From positions 672,001 through 736,000 of the forward strand of contig JBPOFY010000001.1 in NCBI GenBank assembly GCA_051252375.1: a stretch of 64,000 nucleotides of DNA, read 5' to 3'. Origin of the DNA: Opitutaceae bacterium (GTDB lineage: Bacteria > Verrucomicrobiota > Verrucomicrobiia > Opitutales > Coraliomargaritaceae). The notes under the pieces are model-generated. The model was given only the letters and a program-made list of their open reading frames with translations, did no database searches and was not told the DNA's origin. How positions within the stretch are numbered: the stretch's first letter is position 1; each line of letters begins with the position of its first letter. Below are positions 44,203-54,922 of this stretch, one piece after another. Position numbers and translations under genes: made by a program.

Positions 44203-44288
44203 TTGCATATTTCGTAGTAAAAACCGCTTGCCAAGAAGGAGAGAGGCTTACACCGTTAAGTCTTACAAACAGCAAACCCCATAATATT

Positions 44289-44543
44289 ATGCGCTTCAAA
44301 ATCCTTGCCCTCCTTTCACTCGCCGTATCGGCACTTGTATTCTCTGGTTGCGACGGCGGCCGCGCTCAAATGGAGAAAAAAGAAGCTAATCTGCTTGGCA
44401 TAGCCTCTTATGAGCCTGACAGCTACGAGCCTGCTGGCACTAACACATTTGCTGTTAGCACAGACGAGCTTTATGATCGTGATAATGTTCAAGGATCTAA
44501 GGTCACTCTTTTCTGGGGCTTGATCACTCTGAAAGACTACTAG
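44289..44543 (+). CDS. Small lipoprotein of unknown function
   Basis: Lipobox FSGC after a hydrophobic leader; followed by a terminator. Confidence 0.8.
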   Translation: MRFKILALLSLAVSALVFSGCDGGRAQMEKKEANLLGIASYEPDSYEPAGTNTFAVSTDELYDRDNVQGSKVTLFWGLITLKDY

Positions 44544-44566
44544 GTCTTTGTATTCATTTTATTTAG

Positions 44567-44595
44567 AAAGCCGCTCCGTAAGGGGCGGCTTTTTT
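44567..44595 (+). terminator. Rho-independent terminator
   Basis: AAAGCCGCTCC-GTAA-GGGGCGGC-T6. Confidence 0.88.
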
Positions 44596-44636
44596 CTTGG
44601 CACAATGGCTCCTCTTCCGCGAGATACGTTTCGAAC

Positions 44637-46253
44637 ATGCCGCATAATGTAGCCCACTATTTAGCCGAACAAGCACGCGAACAGCCGAAGGTTGCAGCTG
44701 TTCGTGCGCCGACCGGTCGTATGTCGGATGGATCGATTCGTTATACTGAGCGAAGCTTCGGTGAGCTGGAGGCAGAAGCCTCAGCGACTGCGCATTATTT
44801 TGCGGCGCAGGGAATCGCGCGCGGCACTCGAGTGTTGTTGATGGTCAAGCCGGGCTTGGACTTGATTCGTATCGTGTTTGCACTGTTCAAGATCGGGGCG
44901 GTGCCCATCGTGATCGATCCAGGGATGGGCTTGAGCCGGTTCCTTCGTTGTGTTCGGCATTCGCGTCCGACCGCAGTGATTGGGATTCCTGTGGCGATAT
45001 GGATCGCACGCTTGTTTCGCCCCAGCTTTCGAGGTGTGTCGATTAAGCTACCAGTAGGGCGTGGCTTTGCAGGTCGTTTGGCAGTGTATGAGAGTCAGGG
45101 GCTGTTCCCTGTGGTGGAGTCTGCGGAAGATGAGCTCGCCGCGATATTATTTACCTCCGGTTCGACGGGACCTGCCAAAGGCGTGTGTTATGCGCACGGC
45201 ATGTTCATGGCACAGGTTGAGGCGATCCGAGCGCAGTATCAAATTGAACCAGGAGAGGTGGATCTGCCGATGTTGCCAGTGTTTGCCTTGTTTAACCCTG
45301 CGCTTGGTATGTGCACGGTGGTCCCCGAAATGAACCCGAGTCGTCCGGCTACGGTGGATCCGGCAAAAATTGTTCGCGCGATCCAGCAAAATGAAGTGAC
45401 CAATAGCTTTGGTTCACCCGCGCTTTGGACGAAGATCGCACGGTATTGCGAAGCGCATGCGATTACGCTGCCGTCGATACGTCGTATCTTAATGGCCGGC
45501 GCGCCTGTGCCGCCTGCTCTCATGGTGCAGATGCAGAAGATCATTCCAAATGGTGAAATCCATACGCCATACGGTGCGACGGAGGCTTTGCCTGTCAGTT
45601 CGATTGCCGCGGCGGAAGTGTTGGAGGAGACCGCTAGTCGCACTCAAAATGGCGAAGGGACTTGTGTCGGAAAGCCACTGCCCGAAGTTTCGGTCAGAGT
45701 GATTGAGCCCGTGGACGGCGCGATTGCTGAGATCGGTCAGGTGGTGGATTGCTTGGAGGCGCAGGTCGGCGAAATCATTGCTCGCGGTCCATCTGTGACC
45801 AGAGGCTATGATCAATTGCCGGAGGCAGACGCTATTTCGAAAATTGCGGGTAGCGACGGGCATTGGCATCGCATGGGAGATATGGGTTGGCTCGATGCGC
45901 AAGGGCGTTTGTGGTTTTGTGGGCGTAAGGCTGAGCGGGTGATGACCGCCAATGGACCACTTTATACCGATTGCTGCGAAGCGATTTTTAATCAGCACCC
46001 ACAAGTGTTTCGCTCGGCTTTAATTGACGTGGGCAATGGAACGCCCGCGATTGTAATTGAATTGGAAAAAGACTCGGATGCTTCAGCTGGGGCTGACTTT
46101 ATTGCGAAATTGAAGCAGTTAGCACAGTCGAATCCGGCAACTGCGTCGATTAAAGATTTCTTTTTTGAATCTCCATTCCCTGTCGATGTTCGGCATAATG
46201 CAAAAATTCATCGCCTGAGTTTAGCGAAAAAGTTTCGCCAAACTCAGAACTGA
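44637..46253 (+). CDS. oleC: AMP-binding enzyme, OleC-like (beta-lactone synthetase)
   Basis: IDPGMG, ILFTSGSTGPAKG, TPYGATEALP, WHRMGD, FPVDVRHNAKIHR; adjacent to an OleD-like gene. Confidence 0.82.
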   Translation: MPHNVAHYLAEQAREQPKVAAVRAPTGRMSDGSIRYTERSFGELEAEASATAHYFAAQGIARGTRVLLMVKPGLDLIRIVFALFKIGAVPIVIDPGMGLSRFLRCVRHSRPTAVIGIPVAIWIARLFRPSFRGVSIKLPVGRGFAGRLAVYESQGLFPVVESAEDELAAILFTSGSTGPAKGVCYAHGMFMAQVEAIRAQYQIEPGEVDLPMLPVFALFNPALGMCTVVPEMNPSRPATVDPAKIVRAIQQNEVTNSFGSPALWTKIARYCEAHAITLPSIRRILMAGAPVPPALMVQMQKIIPNGEIHTPYGATEALPVSSIAAAEVLEETASRTQNGEGTCVGKPLPEVSVRVIEPVDGAIAEIGQVVDCLEAQVGEIIARGPSVTRGYDQLPEADAISKIAGSDGHWHRMGDMGWLDAQGRLWFCGRKAERVMTANGPLYTDCCEAIFNQHPQVFRSALIDVGNGTPAIVIELEKDSDASAGADFIAKLKQLAQSNPATASIKDFFFESPFPVDVRHNAKIHRLSLAKKFRQTQN

Positions 46254-46270
46254 AAGTGAGATTTAAATAG

Positions 46271-47269
46271 ATGAAAATTTTAGTCACAGGTGGCGGTGGT
46301 TTTGTCGGCGGTTATGTCATCGAGCGCCTTTTAGCGCGTGGCTATGAAGTGCGTTCGATTGGGCGTTCGCCGCAACCCGCGCTCGAAGCAAAAGGCGTGG
46401 AGGTCATTTGCGGGGACCTGTCGGATTTATCCATTGTTGAAGCAGCTTGTGCGGGAGTGGATGCGGTCTTTCACGTCGCAGCCAAGGCGGGCGTATGGGG
46501 GAGCTGGGATAGTTTTTATCAGCCCAATGTGATCGGCACGCGTAATGTCGTTGCCGCATGTCGGAAACAAGGCGTCGGGCGACTGGTATATACCAGCACT
46601 CCGAGTGTGGTATTTAATGGTCAGCCTATATCGGGTGAGGGCGAAGAGATGCCTTATGGGCGCAATTGGCTTTGTCATTATGCGCATACGAAGGCGCTCG
46701 CAGAGGAGGAGACCTTGGCGGCTAGTTCTGATGTATTGAGGATTGTGGCGCTGCGGCCGCATCTGGTGTTTGGCCCCGGCGATCCACACCTTCTGCCGCG
46801 TGTAATCGAAAGTGCGGTGAGTGGTCGTTTGAAAATTATTGGCGATGGTCGTTCGCGGGTGGATGTTTCCTATGTCGGCAATGTGGCAGATGCTCATCTG
46901 AATGCCTTCGATGCTCTGCAAGAGCGCCCTGAAGTGGTTTCGGGGAAGGCATACTTTATTTCGCAGGGAGAGCCTGTAGAGTTGTGGCCCTGGGTGAATC
47001 GAATCTTAGAATCGCTGGGGCATGCGCCTTTAACGAAGAGGATCCCGTTGCCAGTAGGTTATGCGGCCGGTGCGTTGGCCGAATGCGTGTGGCACTTATT
47101 TAGAAAGCAGGGTGAGCCTCCGATCACGCGTTTCGTTGCGGTCGAATTGGCGAAAGATCACTTCTTTAACATCGAGGCCGCATGTAATGACATTAAGTAT
47201 AGTTGCCATGTGCCAATGGAAGCGGCGCTACGGTTGACTATTAGCGATCTTAAAGGACGAGGTTTTTAA
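46271..47269 (+). CDS. oleD: Extended SDR, OleD-like (2-alkyl-3-oxoalkanoate reductase)
   Basis: LVTGGGGFVG, HVAAKAGVWG, YTSTPSVV, YAHTK, LRPHLVFGPGD. Confidence 0.82.
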   Translation: MKILVTGGGGFVGGYVIERLLARGYEVRSIGRSPQPALEAKGVEVICGDLSDLSIVEAACAGVDAVFHVAAKAGVWGSWDSFYQPNVIGTRNVVAACRKQGVGRLVYTSTPSVVFNGQPISGEGEEMPYGRNWLCHYAHTKALAEEETLAASSDVLRIVALRPHLVFGPGDPHLLPRVIESAVSGRLKIIGDGRSRVDVSYVGNVADAHLNAFDALQERPEVVSGKAYFISQGEPVELWPWVNRILESLGHAPLTKRIPLPVGYAAGALAECVWHLFRKQGEPPITRFVAVELAKDHFFNIEAACNDIKYSCHVPMEAALRLTISDLKGRGF

Positions 47270-47326
47270 CGTTATTTTACCAGCTTCACCGTTGACGAGC
47301 TTATGGAATGCGAGTCCTATATCTGA

Positions 47327-48661
47327 GTGTTAGATGAACCTCTCTTCCCCATTAGCGTTTTAGCAGTTTTACTACTGATCGCAGTTTGTTGTATTGTTTT
47401 ACTTTGGTTGCGGATGCGTAACCTTAAAGCTTCCGGCGAGGAGGAACAGGGGCACATTATGGCGACGAGCGCGCGCCTCGATCCTGCGTCGAATGCTTTA
47501 TTTTCGACCTTATCGCATGAGCTACGCACGCCGTTGAATGGCTTGTTGGGGATTGTGCAAATGCTCAATGAGGAGCGTGAAGATGAAGACCTGCAAGCCA
47601 TTGAGGGCTGTGCCCGTCACATGCTCGCGGTGGTATCGACTCTAGTGAATCATGCTAAGATCCAAGAAGAGTGGGACGATTTACCTGAGTACCGCGAGTG
47701 GATGAGCCTTTATGAAATATTGGAGCAGATAAAACGGAACATGGCTTTTCGTGCCACTCTACGTGGGCTCGAACTAGATGTTATCCATGAAGATCGCTCC
47801 CTTCGATTGCGTGGTGATAGTGACCACTTGCGGACGATTATTGAGAATGCTTTACTGGGTTCTCTAGAGGCGGTGTCTTTGGTCGAGATACCAAAGCAAC
47901 GGAAGAAATTGACTGTTTCATGGACGGCGGATGAGCACGGTATTAACGTAACGATATCAAATCCGTTAGAAGTTTTTGAGGCAGACCGACGCCAGAAGAT
48001 ACGCGACGTCTTTCGTCTGACCACTGGCGAGAATCATCGCCGTATTAAAATGGAATATCTTTATTGGGCGGTTTCATCGGCTTTGTTGGAAAAGTATGAA
48101 GGCGCGCTCTACTCGAAAGTGGATGATTTCGGTTCAGTGCAAACGTTGCTGACTTTTGAGATGGAGCAAATGCAGGCATCTGCCAGCGATCGCAGGCCGG
48201 TGGGAGGCATCAGCTTGGAAAGTGGCAACCTAGTGTCGAAAGCGGTGTCGAGCTTACCTCGGAAGTTGAATATACTTGTTGCAGAAGATGACCCGATTGC
48301 TCGTAGCCTGATGGGGATGGTCTTTAAGCATATGGATCAGGAGGTCGATTTTGCGACTAATGGGCGCGAGGTTCTCGATCGAGTCAGCCAGAATGCGCAT
48401 TACGATGTCATCTTGATGGATATTGATATGCCGATTATGGATGGTGTGAGTGCTACAATTGCGCTTCGCAATGGTGAGTCAGGGGAGCATGGCACACGTG
48501 TCCCGATTGTCGCGGTGACTGCATTCAATACACTTTCGGATGAAAGTAAGTTTAAGCGCGCGGGAATGGAATACTACCTACCCAAGCCGGTTCGCTTGAA
48601 AGATTTACGTGCGGTCTTAATTGAAGTGATTCGCAAAAAGACTCGGGCTGAGAAAGCTTAA
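47327..48661 (+). CDS. Hybrid HisKA-receiver protein with degenerate ATPase domain
   Basis: N-terminal TM, SHELRTPLNG, REC (LVAEDD, LMDIDMP, AVTA, PKP). Confidence 0.85.
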   Translation: MLDEPLFPISVLAVLLLIAVCCIVLLWLRMRNLKASGEEEQGHIMATSARLDPASNALFSTLSHELRTPLNGLLGIVQMLNEEREDEDLQAIEGCARHMLAVVSTLVNHAKIQEEWDDLPEYREWMSLYEILEQIKRNMAFRATLRGLELDVIHEDRSLRLRGDSDHLRTIIENALLGSLEAVSLVEIPKQRKKLTVSWTADEHGINVTISNPLEVFEADRRQKIRDVFRLTTGENHRRIKMEYLYWAVSSALLEKYEGALYSKVDDFGSVQTLLTFEMEQMQASASDRRPVGGISLESGNLVSKAVSSLPRKLNILVAEDDPIARSLMGMVFKHMDQEVDFATNGREVLDRVSQNAHYDVILMDIDMPIMDGVSATIALRNGESGEHGTRVPIVAVTAFNTLSDESKFKRAGMEYYLPKPVRLKDLRAVLIEVIRKKTRAEKA

Positions 48662-48663
48662 GC

Positions 48664-49470
48664 TTATACAGATCTTTGCCGTGCTGCCTCGTAAAGGCAG
48701 ACTGCAGCAGCAGCCGCAACGTTAAGTGAGTCTGCGCGACCTGCCATTGGAATGCGAATGCGTTGGTCGACTTGTTCGAGCCAGTAGTTGGAGAGCCCAT
48801 CGCTTTCGCTGCCAAAGAAGAGGGCAGTGGCCTTCGTGTAGTCCACGTCCCAATGCATGCTTTCGGTGTCAGGCGTGGTGGCAACGCGTTGTATGGCATT
48901 TGCTTGGAGCCATTCTTGTAGTCCCTCAGGTGTGGTGGCCGCAATCGGGAGAGCAAAAATCAGCCCTTGAGAAGAGCGGATTGCGTTGGGGTTGTAGAGG
49001 TCGAGCACGCAGTCCACTAGTATGACCGCTTCTGCGCCTGCACCATCCGCACTGCGTAAAATTGCGCCGAGGTTTCCGGGTTTTTCGATGCCTTCGAGCA
49101 CGAGTAGGAGTGGGGCGTTGGTCAGCTCTAAATCATTTAGGCTGCTGCCTTGCTGTAGCCCCACGCCGATGAGACCGTCCGGACCTTCGCGATAAGCTGC
49201 TTTGCTAAAAGCATCTTCGCTCATCCGGACAAGTTGCCGTTCGCCTTCGCGACGCTGTGTATCGATGAAATCGCTGTGGCCTTCGGATGGGAAATATTCG
49301 GGACAATAAAAAATGGTTTCGACGTCAAACCCGGCGCCGATGGCGTGCCCCAGCTCGCGGAGACCTTCGACTAGAAAGCGTTCTTGGCGATCGCGATGTT
49401 TGCGCTCACGTAGTTTGACCAGGTTTTTCACTTGGTCGTTATTTCGGCTTTGTATGTAGGTTTCTTCCAT
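48664..49470 (-). CDS. TrmH/SpoU-family RNA methyltransferase
   Basis: KPGNLGAILRSA, FGSESDGL, IPMAGRADSLNVA. Confidence 0.92.
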   Translation of the reverse strand: MEETYIQSRNNDQVKNLVKLRERKHRDRQERFLVEGLRELGHAIGAGFDVETIFYCPEYFPSEGHSDFIDTQRREGERQLVRMSEDAFSKAAYREGPDGLIGVGLQQGSSLNDLELTNAPLLLVLEGIEKPGNLGAILRSADGAGAEAVILVDCVLDLYNPNAIRSSQGLIFALPIAATTPEGLQEWLQANAIQRVATTPDTESMHWDVDYTKATALFFGSESDGLSNYWLEQVDQRIRIPMAGRADSLNVAAAAAVCLYEAARQRSV

Positions 49471-49573
49471 TGAATGTATGCTGTCGTTCTAGATGTCTGT
49501 GCCAGTCTATCAATCGTAGATTCGACAGAATTTCCATTTTAGGGTTGCACGAATCCTCTGCTTTGGGGAGGGC

Positions 49574-50800
49574 ATGGGGATGCAAGTGCCAAAAAATTTC
49601 GTCGCTGAGCCATTTGAATATCATCAAGAGGTCGAATTGACTATTGAAAGCTTAACCAACCTCGGACTAGGGGTGGGGCGCATTGACGGCTGGGTCGTTA
49701 TGGTGCCATTCGTCATTCCCGGTGAGAAGGTGCGGGCGAAAGTTTATCGCAATTACCAAAATTATTCTGATGCAGATTTAGTCGAAGTGCTTGAAGCCTC
49801 GCCAGATCGCATCGCGCCGAATTGCCCGCTCTACACCACCTGTGGCGGTTGCCAGTATCAGCACATTGAATACAAGCGACAGCTGGAGGAGAAGACGCAG
49901 CATGTGAGAGAGCTTATGGTGAAACTCGGCGAGATCGACCATCCGGTTGAGTTGGCGCATGGTTCGCCGAAGGTCTATAACTATCGTTCAAAGATCACCC
50001 CGCATTATAATCGCCCTGAGAAGGATGGTTCACAGCCGATCGGGTTCCTTCAGTATGGCCGTCGCAATCAGATCGTAGATGTGGAGCAATGTCCCATCGC
50101 GATGGATGCGATTAACGCGGCGCTGCCTGATGCTCGCGACAGCGCGCGCCGCGATGGCGGGAAGAAGCGCCGTCAACGCGGGGGCACTCTGCTCATGCGA
50201 AATGTGCTCGAAGGTGTTGTGACCGACCCTCAGGAGATCGTCTCCGAGCGTGTCGGCGATCTCACTTTTCAGTTCAAGGCGGGTGAGTTCTTTCAGAACA
50301 ATCCGTATGTCTTGCCAGAGCTCGTGGACTATGTGGCTACGGAAGCCTCCGCGCTCGGTGCGCGCTATCTAGTCGATGCGTATTGTGGCGTCGGTTTATT
50401 TGCGCTTTCGACTGCGAAGTCTTTCGAACAAGTCGCCGGAGTGGAGATTAGTGAGCCCGCAGTGCGATGGGCGCAGGCGAATGCCACGATCAGCGGTGTG
50501 AAGAACGCGCGTTTTGTGATCGGTAAAGCCGAAGCGATTTTCAATGGTTTGAAGTTTCCCGCCGAGGAGACCGCGGTCGTCATCGATCCACCACGTAAGG
50601 GTTGCGATGCAAGCTTCCGTGAGCAGTTAATGCAGTTTCGCCCTCCGCGTATTGTCTATGTTTCATGCGACCCAGCTACGCAGGCGCGGGATTTGAAGGA
50701 GTTTATCGAAGCTGGCTATGTGATTACACGCATTCAACCATTCGACTTGTTCCCGCACACGCGGCACATTGAGAATGTGGTGTCGCTGAGCCTGCCTTAG
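49574..50800 (+). CDS. RlmD/TrmA-family RNA m5U methyltransferase with TRAM domain
   Basis: CGGCQYQH, FFQNN, DAYCGVG, IDPPRKG, YVSCDPATQARD, DLFPHTRHIE. Confidence 0.92.
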   Translation: MGMQVPKNFVAEPFEYHQEVELTIESLTNLGLGVGRIDGWVVMVPFVIPGEKVRAKVYRNYQNYSDADLVEVLEASPDRIAPNCPLYTTCGGCQYQHIEYKRQLEEKTQHVRELMVKLGEIDHPVELAHGSPKVYNYRSKITPHYNRPEKDGSQPIGFLQYGRRNQIVDVEQCPIAMDAINAALPDARDSARRDGGKKRRQRGGTLLMRNVLEGVVTDPQEIVSERVGDLTFQFKAGEFFQNNPYVLPELVDYVATEASALGARYLVDAYCGVGLFALSTAKSFEQVAGVEISEPAVRWAQANATISGVKNARFVIGKAEAIFNGLKFPAEETAVVIDPPRKGCDASFREQLMQFRPPRIVYVSCDPATQARDLKEFIEAGYVITRIQPFDLFPHTRHIENVVSLSLP

Positions 50801-51219
50801 CGCGAGCCCTTTAGCTCGATTCTTTGGAATTCAGCGAAACCAGACGATTTGCTATTGGTGAAACGGATGCCCGTCTTGCCATCAAGCTTCAGCTTGGAGC
50901 CTTCTAAAGTGGAGAGCAGTTGGTATTCGAGGTTCATCAGCTGCTGTTGGCCCGCTTTGCGGGTGGCGATGAGGCCGCTTACTTTTCCATCAGCTATTTG
51001 ACCAAACCATTGATTCACGGGACCTTGCCCAGAGATAGTATCTCCTGAGATCCGCAGCATGACGTTCACTTGTGCGGGAATGCTGGTTTCATTGAACTGC
51101 ACCAAGCGATAAGTGCCTTCGAGTGGATTATTCTTCGCCTTCGAGCTGTTTGTGCTGCTGGCGCAGCTGCTAAAGATCAGGATGGATGCGAGTGCAAAGA
51201 GGGTGCGGAAAGTAGACAT
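50797..51219 (-). CDS. META-domain lipoprotein
   Basis: Lipobox FSSC, ISGQGPVNQW, IATRKAG...MNLE. Confidence 0.75.
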   Translation of the reverse strand: MSTFRTLFALASILIFSSCASSTNSSKAKNNPLEGTYRLVQFNETSIPAQVNVMLRISGDTISGQGPVNQWFGQIADGKVSGLIATRKAGQQQLMNLEYQLLSTLEGSKLKLDGKTGIRFTNSKSSGFAEFQRIELKGSR

Positions 51220-51369
51220 TCAGGCATCATGCGAACCCCCTTTTGCATTTGCAACCTTGCTAAGTATAAACTGTGAAATAGACGCGATCAGGCGTAACCC
51301 TTTTATTTTAGCGGTTTGCGGGGGAATTTGGGTCCGAAGAGGAGTATGGAAAAAAATCGAACAAAATCC

Positions 51370-51397
51370 TTGCACAGCAAACCCTAAGCGCTACTTT
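51370..51397 (+). promoter_or_regulatory. Putative sigma70 promoter of the str operon
   Basis: TTGCAC-N16-TACTTT, 35 nt upstream of rpsL. Confidence 0.5.
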
Positions 51398-51432
51398 CGC
51401 CGTCTTTCTCTAATTTCAGCGATCAATATTTC

Positions 51433-51813
51433 ATGCCAACAATTAATCAACTAGTCCGCAGCCCACGCGTTGTGCAAAAGGTAAAATCCAAGTCACGCCA
51501 TTTGGACAAGAACCCGTTCCGTCGTGGTGTCTGTGTCCAAGTGATGACCCGCACGCCTAAAAAGCCTAACTCTGCTATCCGTAAGGTGGCAAAGGTGCGT
51601 CTCACTAATGGTCACGAAGTAATCGCTTACATCCCTGACGAAGGCCACAACTTGCAAGAGCACAGTATCGTGCTTGTGCGTGGTGGTCGTGTTAAGGACC
51701 TTCCAGGTGTTCGTTACCACATCGTTCGTGGCACACTTGACTGCGTAGGTGTTGAAAAACGTCGCCGCAGCCGTTCCAAATATGGTGTTAAGCGTCCTAA
51801 GGAAGCTTCCTGA
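51433..51813 (+). CDS. rpsL: 30S ribosomal protein S12
   Basis: [29 protein letters not shown]. Confidence 0.99.
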   Translation: MPTINQLVRSPRVVQKVKSKSRHLDKNPFRRGVCVQVMTRTPKKPNSAIRKVAKVRLTNGHEVIAYIPDEGHNLQEHSIVLVRGGRVKDLPGVRYHIVRGTLDCVGVEKRRRSRSKYGVKRPKEAS

Positions 51814-51852
51814 TCCACTTAGCCTTTAGTCATTTTTAAAAAGTAATTTATT

Positions 51853-52326
51853 ATGTCACGTCGTAGACAAGCAGTTAAACGTCCACTTATCCCGGACCCA
51901 CGCTATAATAGCACTCTCGTAGCCAACTTGGTGAACATGATCATGGAGCGCGGTAAGCGCACTGTGGCTCAGCGCATCGTTTACACAGCGTTCACACGCA
52001 TGAGCGAGAAGGTCGGTAAGGGCGATCCAGTAGACTTGGTCATGGGTGCACTTGAAAACGCACGCCCAAAACTTGAAGTGAAGAGCCGCCGTGTCGGTGG
52101 TGCCACATATCAAGTGCCAGTTGAAATCTCTTTTGAGCGCCAGCAAGCACTCGCCTTCCGTTGGATGGTGACGACTGCACGCAAGCGCAAAGGTGTCCCT
52201 ATGGACGAAGCACTCGCCGATGAGCTTGTTGATGCATACAACAACACCGGTGCAGTTGTTAAGAAGAAGGAAGAAGTCCACCGCATGGCTCAGGCCAACC
52301 GCGCATTTGCGCACTTGCGCTGGTAG
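51853..52326 (+). CDS. rpsG: 30S ribosomal protein S7
   Basis: SRRVGGATYQVP, MAQANRAFAH. Confidence 0.99.
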   Translation: MSRRRQAVKRPLIPDPRYNSTLVANLVNMIMERGKRTVAQRIVYTAFTRMSEKVGKGDPVDLVMGALENARPKLEVKSRRVGGATYQVPVEISFERQQALAFRWMVTTARKRKGVPMDEALADELVDAYNNTGAVVKKKEEVHRMAQANRAFAHLRW

Positions 52327-52368
52327 TTTCGACTACTTCCCAAAACCTGTTCTTTTCCAGTCTATCTA

Positions 52369-54522
52369 ATGTCCGCTACTATGTCAGCCAGTGCTAACTC
52401 GTCGAAACGTAAGTTCCCTTTGGAGCATACGCGTAACATCGGCATCGTTGCACATATCGACGCGGGCAAAACGACAACGACTGAGCGCATACTTTTCTAC
52501 GCAGGTGTCGTCCACAAAATGGGCGAAGTGCATGAAGGCAGCGCAGTCACAGACTGGATGGATCAAGAACGCGAGCGTGGTATCACGATTACCTCTGCCG
52601 CAATCTCTTGTAATTGGACAAATCAGCACGGCCCTTACGCCGGCGTTTGTAGCCAAATCAATTTAATCGACACCCCCGGGCACGTCGATTTCACCGCCGA
52701 AGTGGAGCGTTCGCTCCGAGTCCTTGATGGAGCTGTCGGCGTTTTTTGTGCCGTCGCGGGCGTGCAGCCCCAGTCCGAAACGGTCTGGCGGCAAATGACG
52801 AAATACGATGTGCCTCGTATCGCTTTCGTTAATAAGATGGACCGTGTCGGTGCGGATTATTTCGCTGCGATCGAAAGTATGCGCGACCGCCTCAAGGCAA
52901 ACGCGCATCCGATCTTTATTCCGATCGGTGCGGAGGAAAATTTCACAGGCATGATCGACCTCGCCTCGATGCAGGCGCTGGTGTATGATCCCAAGGATGA
53001 GTCTGGTATGACTTTTGATCTCACTGAGATCCCTGCTGACTACGTGGATCAAGCTAATGAGTATCGCGAAAAGTTGATTGATGCCTTGGCTGATTTCGAC
53101 GATGACCTCGCCGATAAGTATCTCGAAGGCGAAGAACTTTCAGCGAACGACGTCCGCCAAGCTATTCGTAAGGCAACGATCTTACTCAATTTCTGTGGAG
53201 TCATCCCAGGCAGTGCTTTTAAGAACAAGGGTGTGCAGTCCGTTCTTGAGTCGGTGGTCAACTTCCTGCCATGTCCACTCGATTTGCCGCCAATGAAGGG
53301 CGAGAACGAGAAGGGCGCCGAAGTGCTCGTCGAGCCGGATGATAACGCCAATTTTGCTGGTCTCGCGTTCAAACTCATGAATGACGGTTACGTCGGGAAG
53401 CTCGTTTTCATGCGCGTTTACTCAGGCACACTTACCAAGGGCACCGCACTTTACAACCCGCGCACTGGTAAAACAGAACGTATTTCCCGCCTTCTTGTGA
53501 TGAAGGCGAATTCCCGCGAAGACATCGACACCGCTTACTCTGGCGACATCTGTGCGATTGTTGGCGGTCGTGATATCGTCACTGGTGACACGCTGTGCAC
53601 TAAGGGCTTCGATGTGCGCCTTGAGCCACCGACATTCCCGGAGCCTGTCATCTCCATGTCGATCGAGCCGAAAACCACGGCCGACCAGGAAAAGATGGCC
53701 CTTGGTCTGCAACGCCTCTCTGAGGAAGATCCGACATTCGTCGTGAGCGCCGATGAGGAAACTGGTCAGACGCTGATCGCTGGGATGGGCGAGCTGCACC
53801 TCGAAATCATTAAGGACCGCCTTTTCCGCGAATTTAAAGTTGGCGCCGAAGCCGGTCGCCCACAAATCGCCTACCGCGAAACCATTTCGATCAAAGCAGA
53901 AGGGGAGGGCAAATTCGTTCGCCAAACCGGAGGCACCGGCCAATACGGCCACGCGCGCATCAAGATCGAACCGCTCGAACGCGGTACAGGCATCGAAATC
54001 GTCGACAAAACAGTTGGCGGTGTGATTCCAAAAGAATTTATCAAGCCCACACTCGAAGGTATCCGCGAAGCTGCCAATAATGGCACTGTCGCTGGTTACC
54101 CTGTGGTTGATTTTAAGGTCACATTGTTCGATGGCTCTTTCCACGAAGTGGATTCCAACGAAACCTCTTTCAAAATGGCTGGTATTTTCGCCTTCCGTGA
54201 CGCCATGATGAACGCTGGAGCTTTGTTGCTCGAGCCCGTCATGAATGTCGAAGTGGAAACACCAGAAGACTATCAAGGCGACATTATGGGCGATTTGAAC
54301 CGTCGTCGTGGACAGATTCAGAATGTCAGTGCGAAAACCGCATTCGTTTCCATTTGCGCCGCTGTGCCGCTCGTTGAAATGTTCGGCTATTCCACCATCG
54401 TTCGTTCGCTCAGTAAGGGTCGCGCATCTTTCAGCATGGAGCCTGCAAGCTTTGAGCCCGTGCCGTCGAATATTCTCAATACAATTCTCGAAACATCAGG
54501 CCGTGCACCCGCGCGGAACTAA
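52369..54522 (+). CDS. fusA: Elongation factor G (str operon copy)
   Basis: [45 protein letters not shown]. Confidence 0.97.
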   Translation: MSATMSASANSSKRKFPLEHTRNIGIVAHIDAGKTTTTERILFYAGVVHKMGEVHEGSAVTDWMDQERERGITITSAAISCNWTNQHGPYAGVCSQINLIDTPGHVDFTAEVERSLRVLDGAVGVFCAVAGVQPQSETVWRQMTKYDVPRIAFVNKMDRVGADYFAAIESMRDRLKANAHPIFIPIGAEENFTGMIDLASMQALVYDPKDESGMTFDLTEIPADYVDQANEYREKLIDALADFDDDLADKYLEGEELSANDVRQAIRKATILLNFCGVIPGSAFKNKGVQSVLESVVNFLPCPLDLPPMKGENEKGAEVLVEPDDNANFAGLAFKLMNDGYVGKLVFMRVYSGTLTKGTALYNPRTGKTERISRLLVMKANSREDIDTAYSGDICAIVGGRDIVTGDTLCTKGFDVRLEPPTFPEPVISMSIEPKTTADQEKMALGLQRLSEEDPTFVVSADEETGQTLIAGMGELHLEIIKDRLFREFKVGAEAGRPQIAYRETISIKAEGEGKFVRQTGGTGQYGHARIKIEPLERGTGIEIVDKTVGGVIPKEFIKPTLEGIREAANNGTVAGYPVVDFKVTLFDGSFHEVDSNETSFKMAGIFAFRDAMMNAGALLLEPVMNVEVETPEDYQGDIMGDLNRRRGQIQNVSAKTAFVSICAAVPLVEMFGYSTIVRSLSKGRASFSMEPASFEPVPSNILNTILETSGRAPARN

Positions 54523-54566
54523 TTTCATCCTCTCAAACTACAATCTCACACAAAACAAAAAATATT

Positions 54567-54875
54567 ATGAGTGCACCACGTATCCGTATCCGCCTAAAAG
54601 GCTTTGATTATCGCGTTATCGACCAGTCTGCTGCAGACATCGTCGAAACAGCTAAGCGCTCCGGCGCCCGTGTTTCCGGCCCTGTGCCGCTTCCAACGAA
54701 GATTGAGAAGCTTACAGTGAATCGCTCGGTCCACGTTAACAAGAAGTCCATGGACCAATTCGAAGTCCGCACACATAAGCGCCTGATCGACATCGTCGAG
54801 CCAACTGCAGCCACAGTGGACGAGCTCAAGAAGCTCAATCTACCTGCAGGTGTCGATATTTCGATCAACGTGTAG
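54567..54875 (+). CDS. rpsJ: 30S ribosomal protein S10
   Basis: [24 protein letters not shown]. Confidence 0.99.
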   Translation: MSAPRIRIRLKGFDYRVIDQSAADIVETAKRSGARVSGPVPLPTKIEKLTVNRSVHVNKKSMDQFEVRTHKRLIDIVEPTAATVDELKKLNLPAGVDISINV

Positions 54876-54886
54876 TGATTTTTCAT

Positions 54887-54922
54887 AAAAGGTGCCGCTA
54901 GAAACCGCTAACGGCGCCTTTT
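54887..54922 (+). terminator. Probable terminator between rpsJ and rplC
   Basis: AAAAGGTGCCGCTA...TAACGGCGCCTTTT. Confidence 0.65.
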
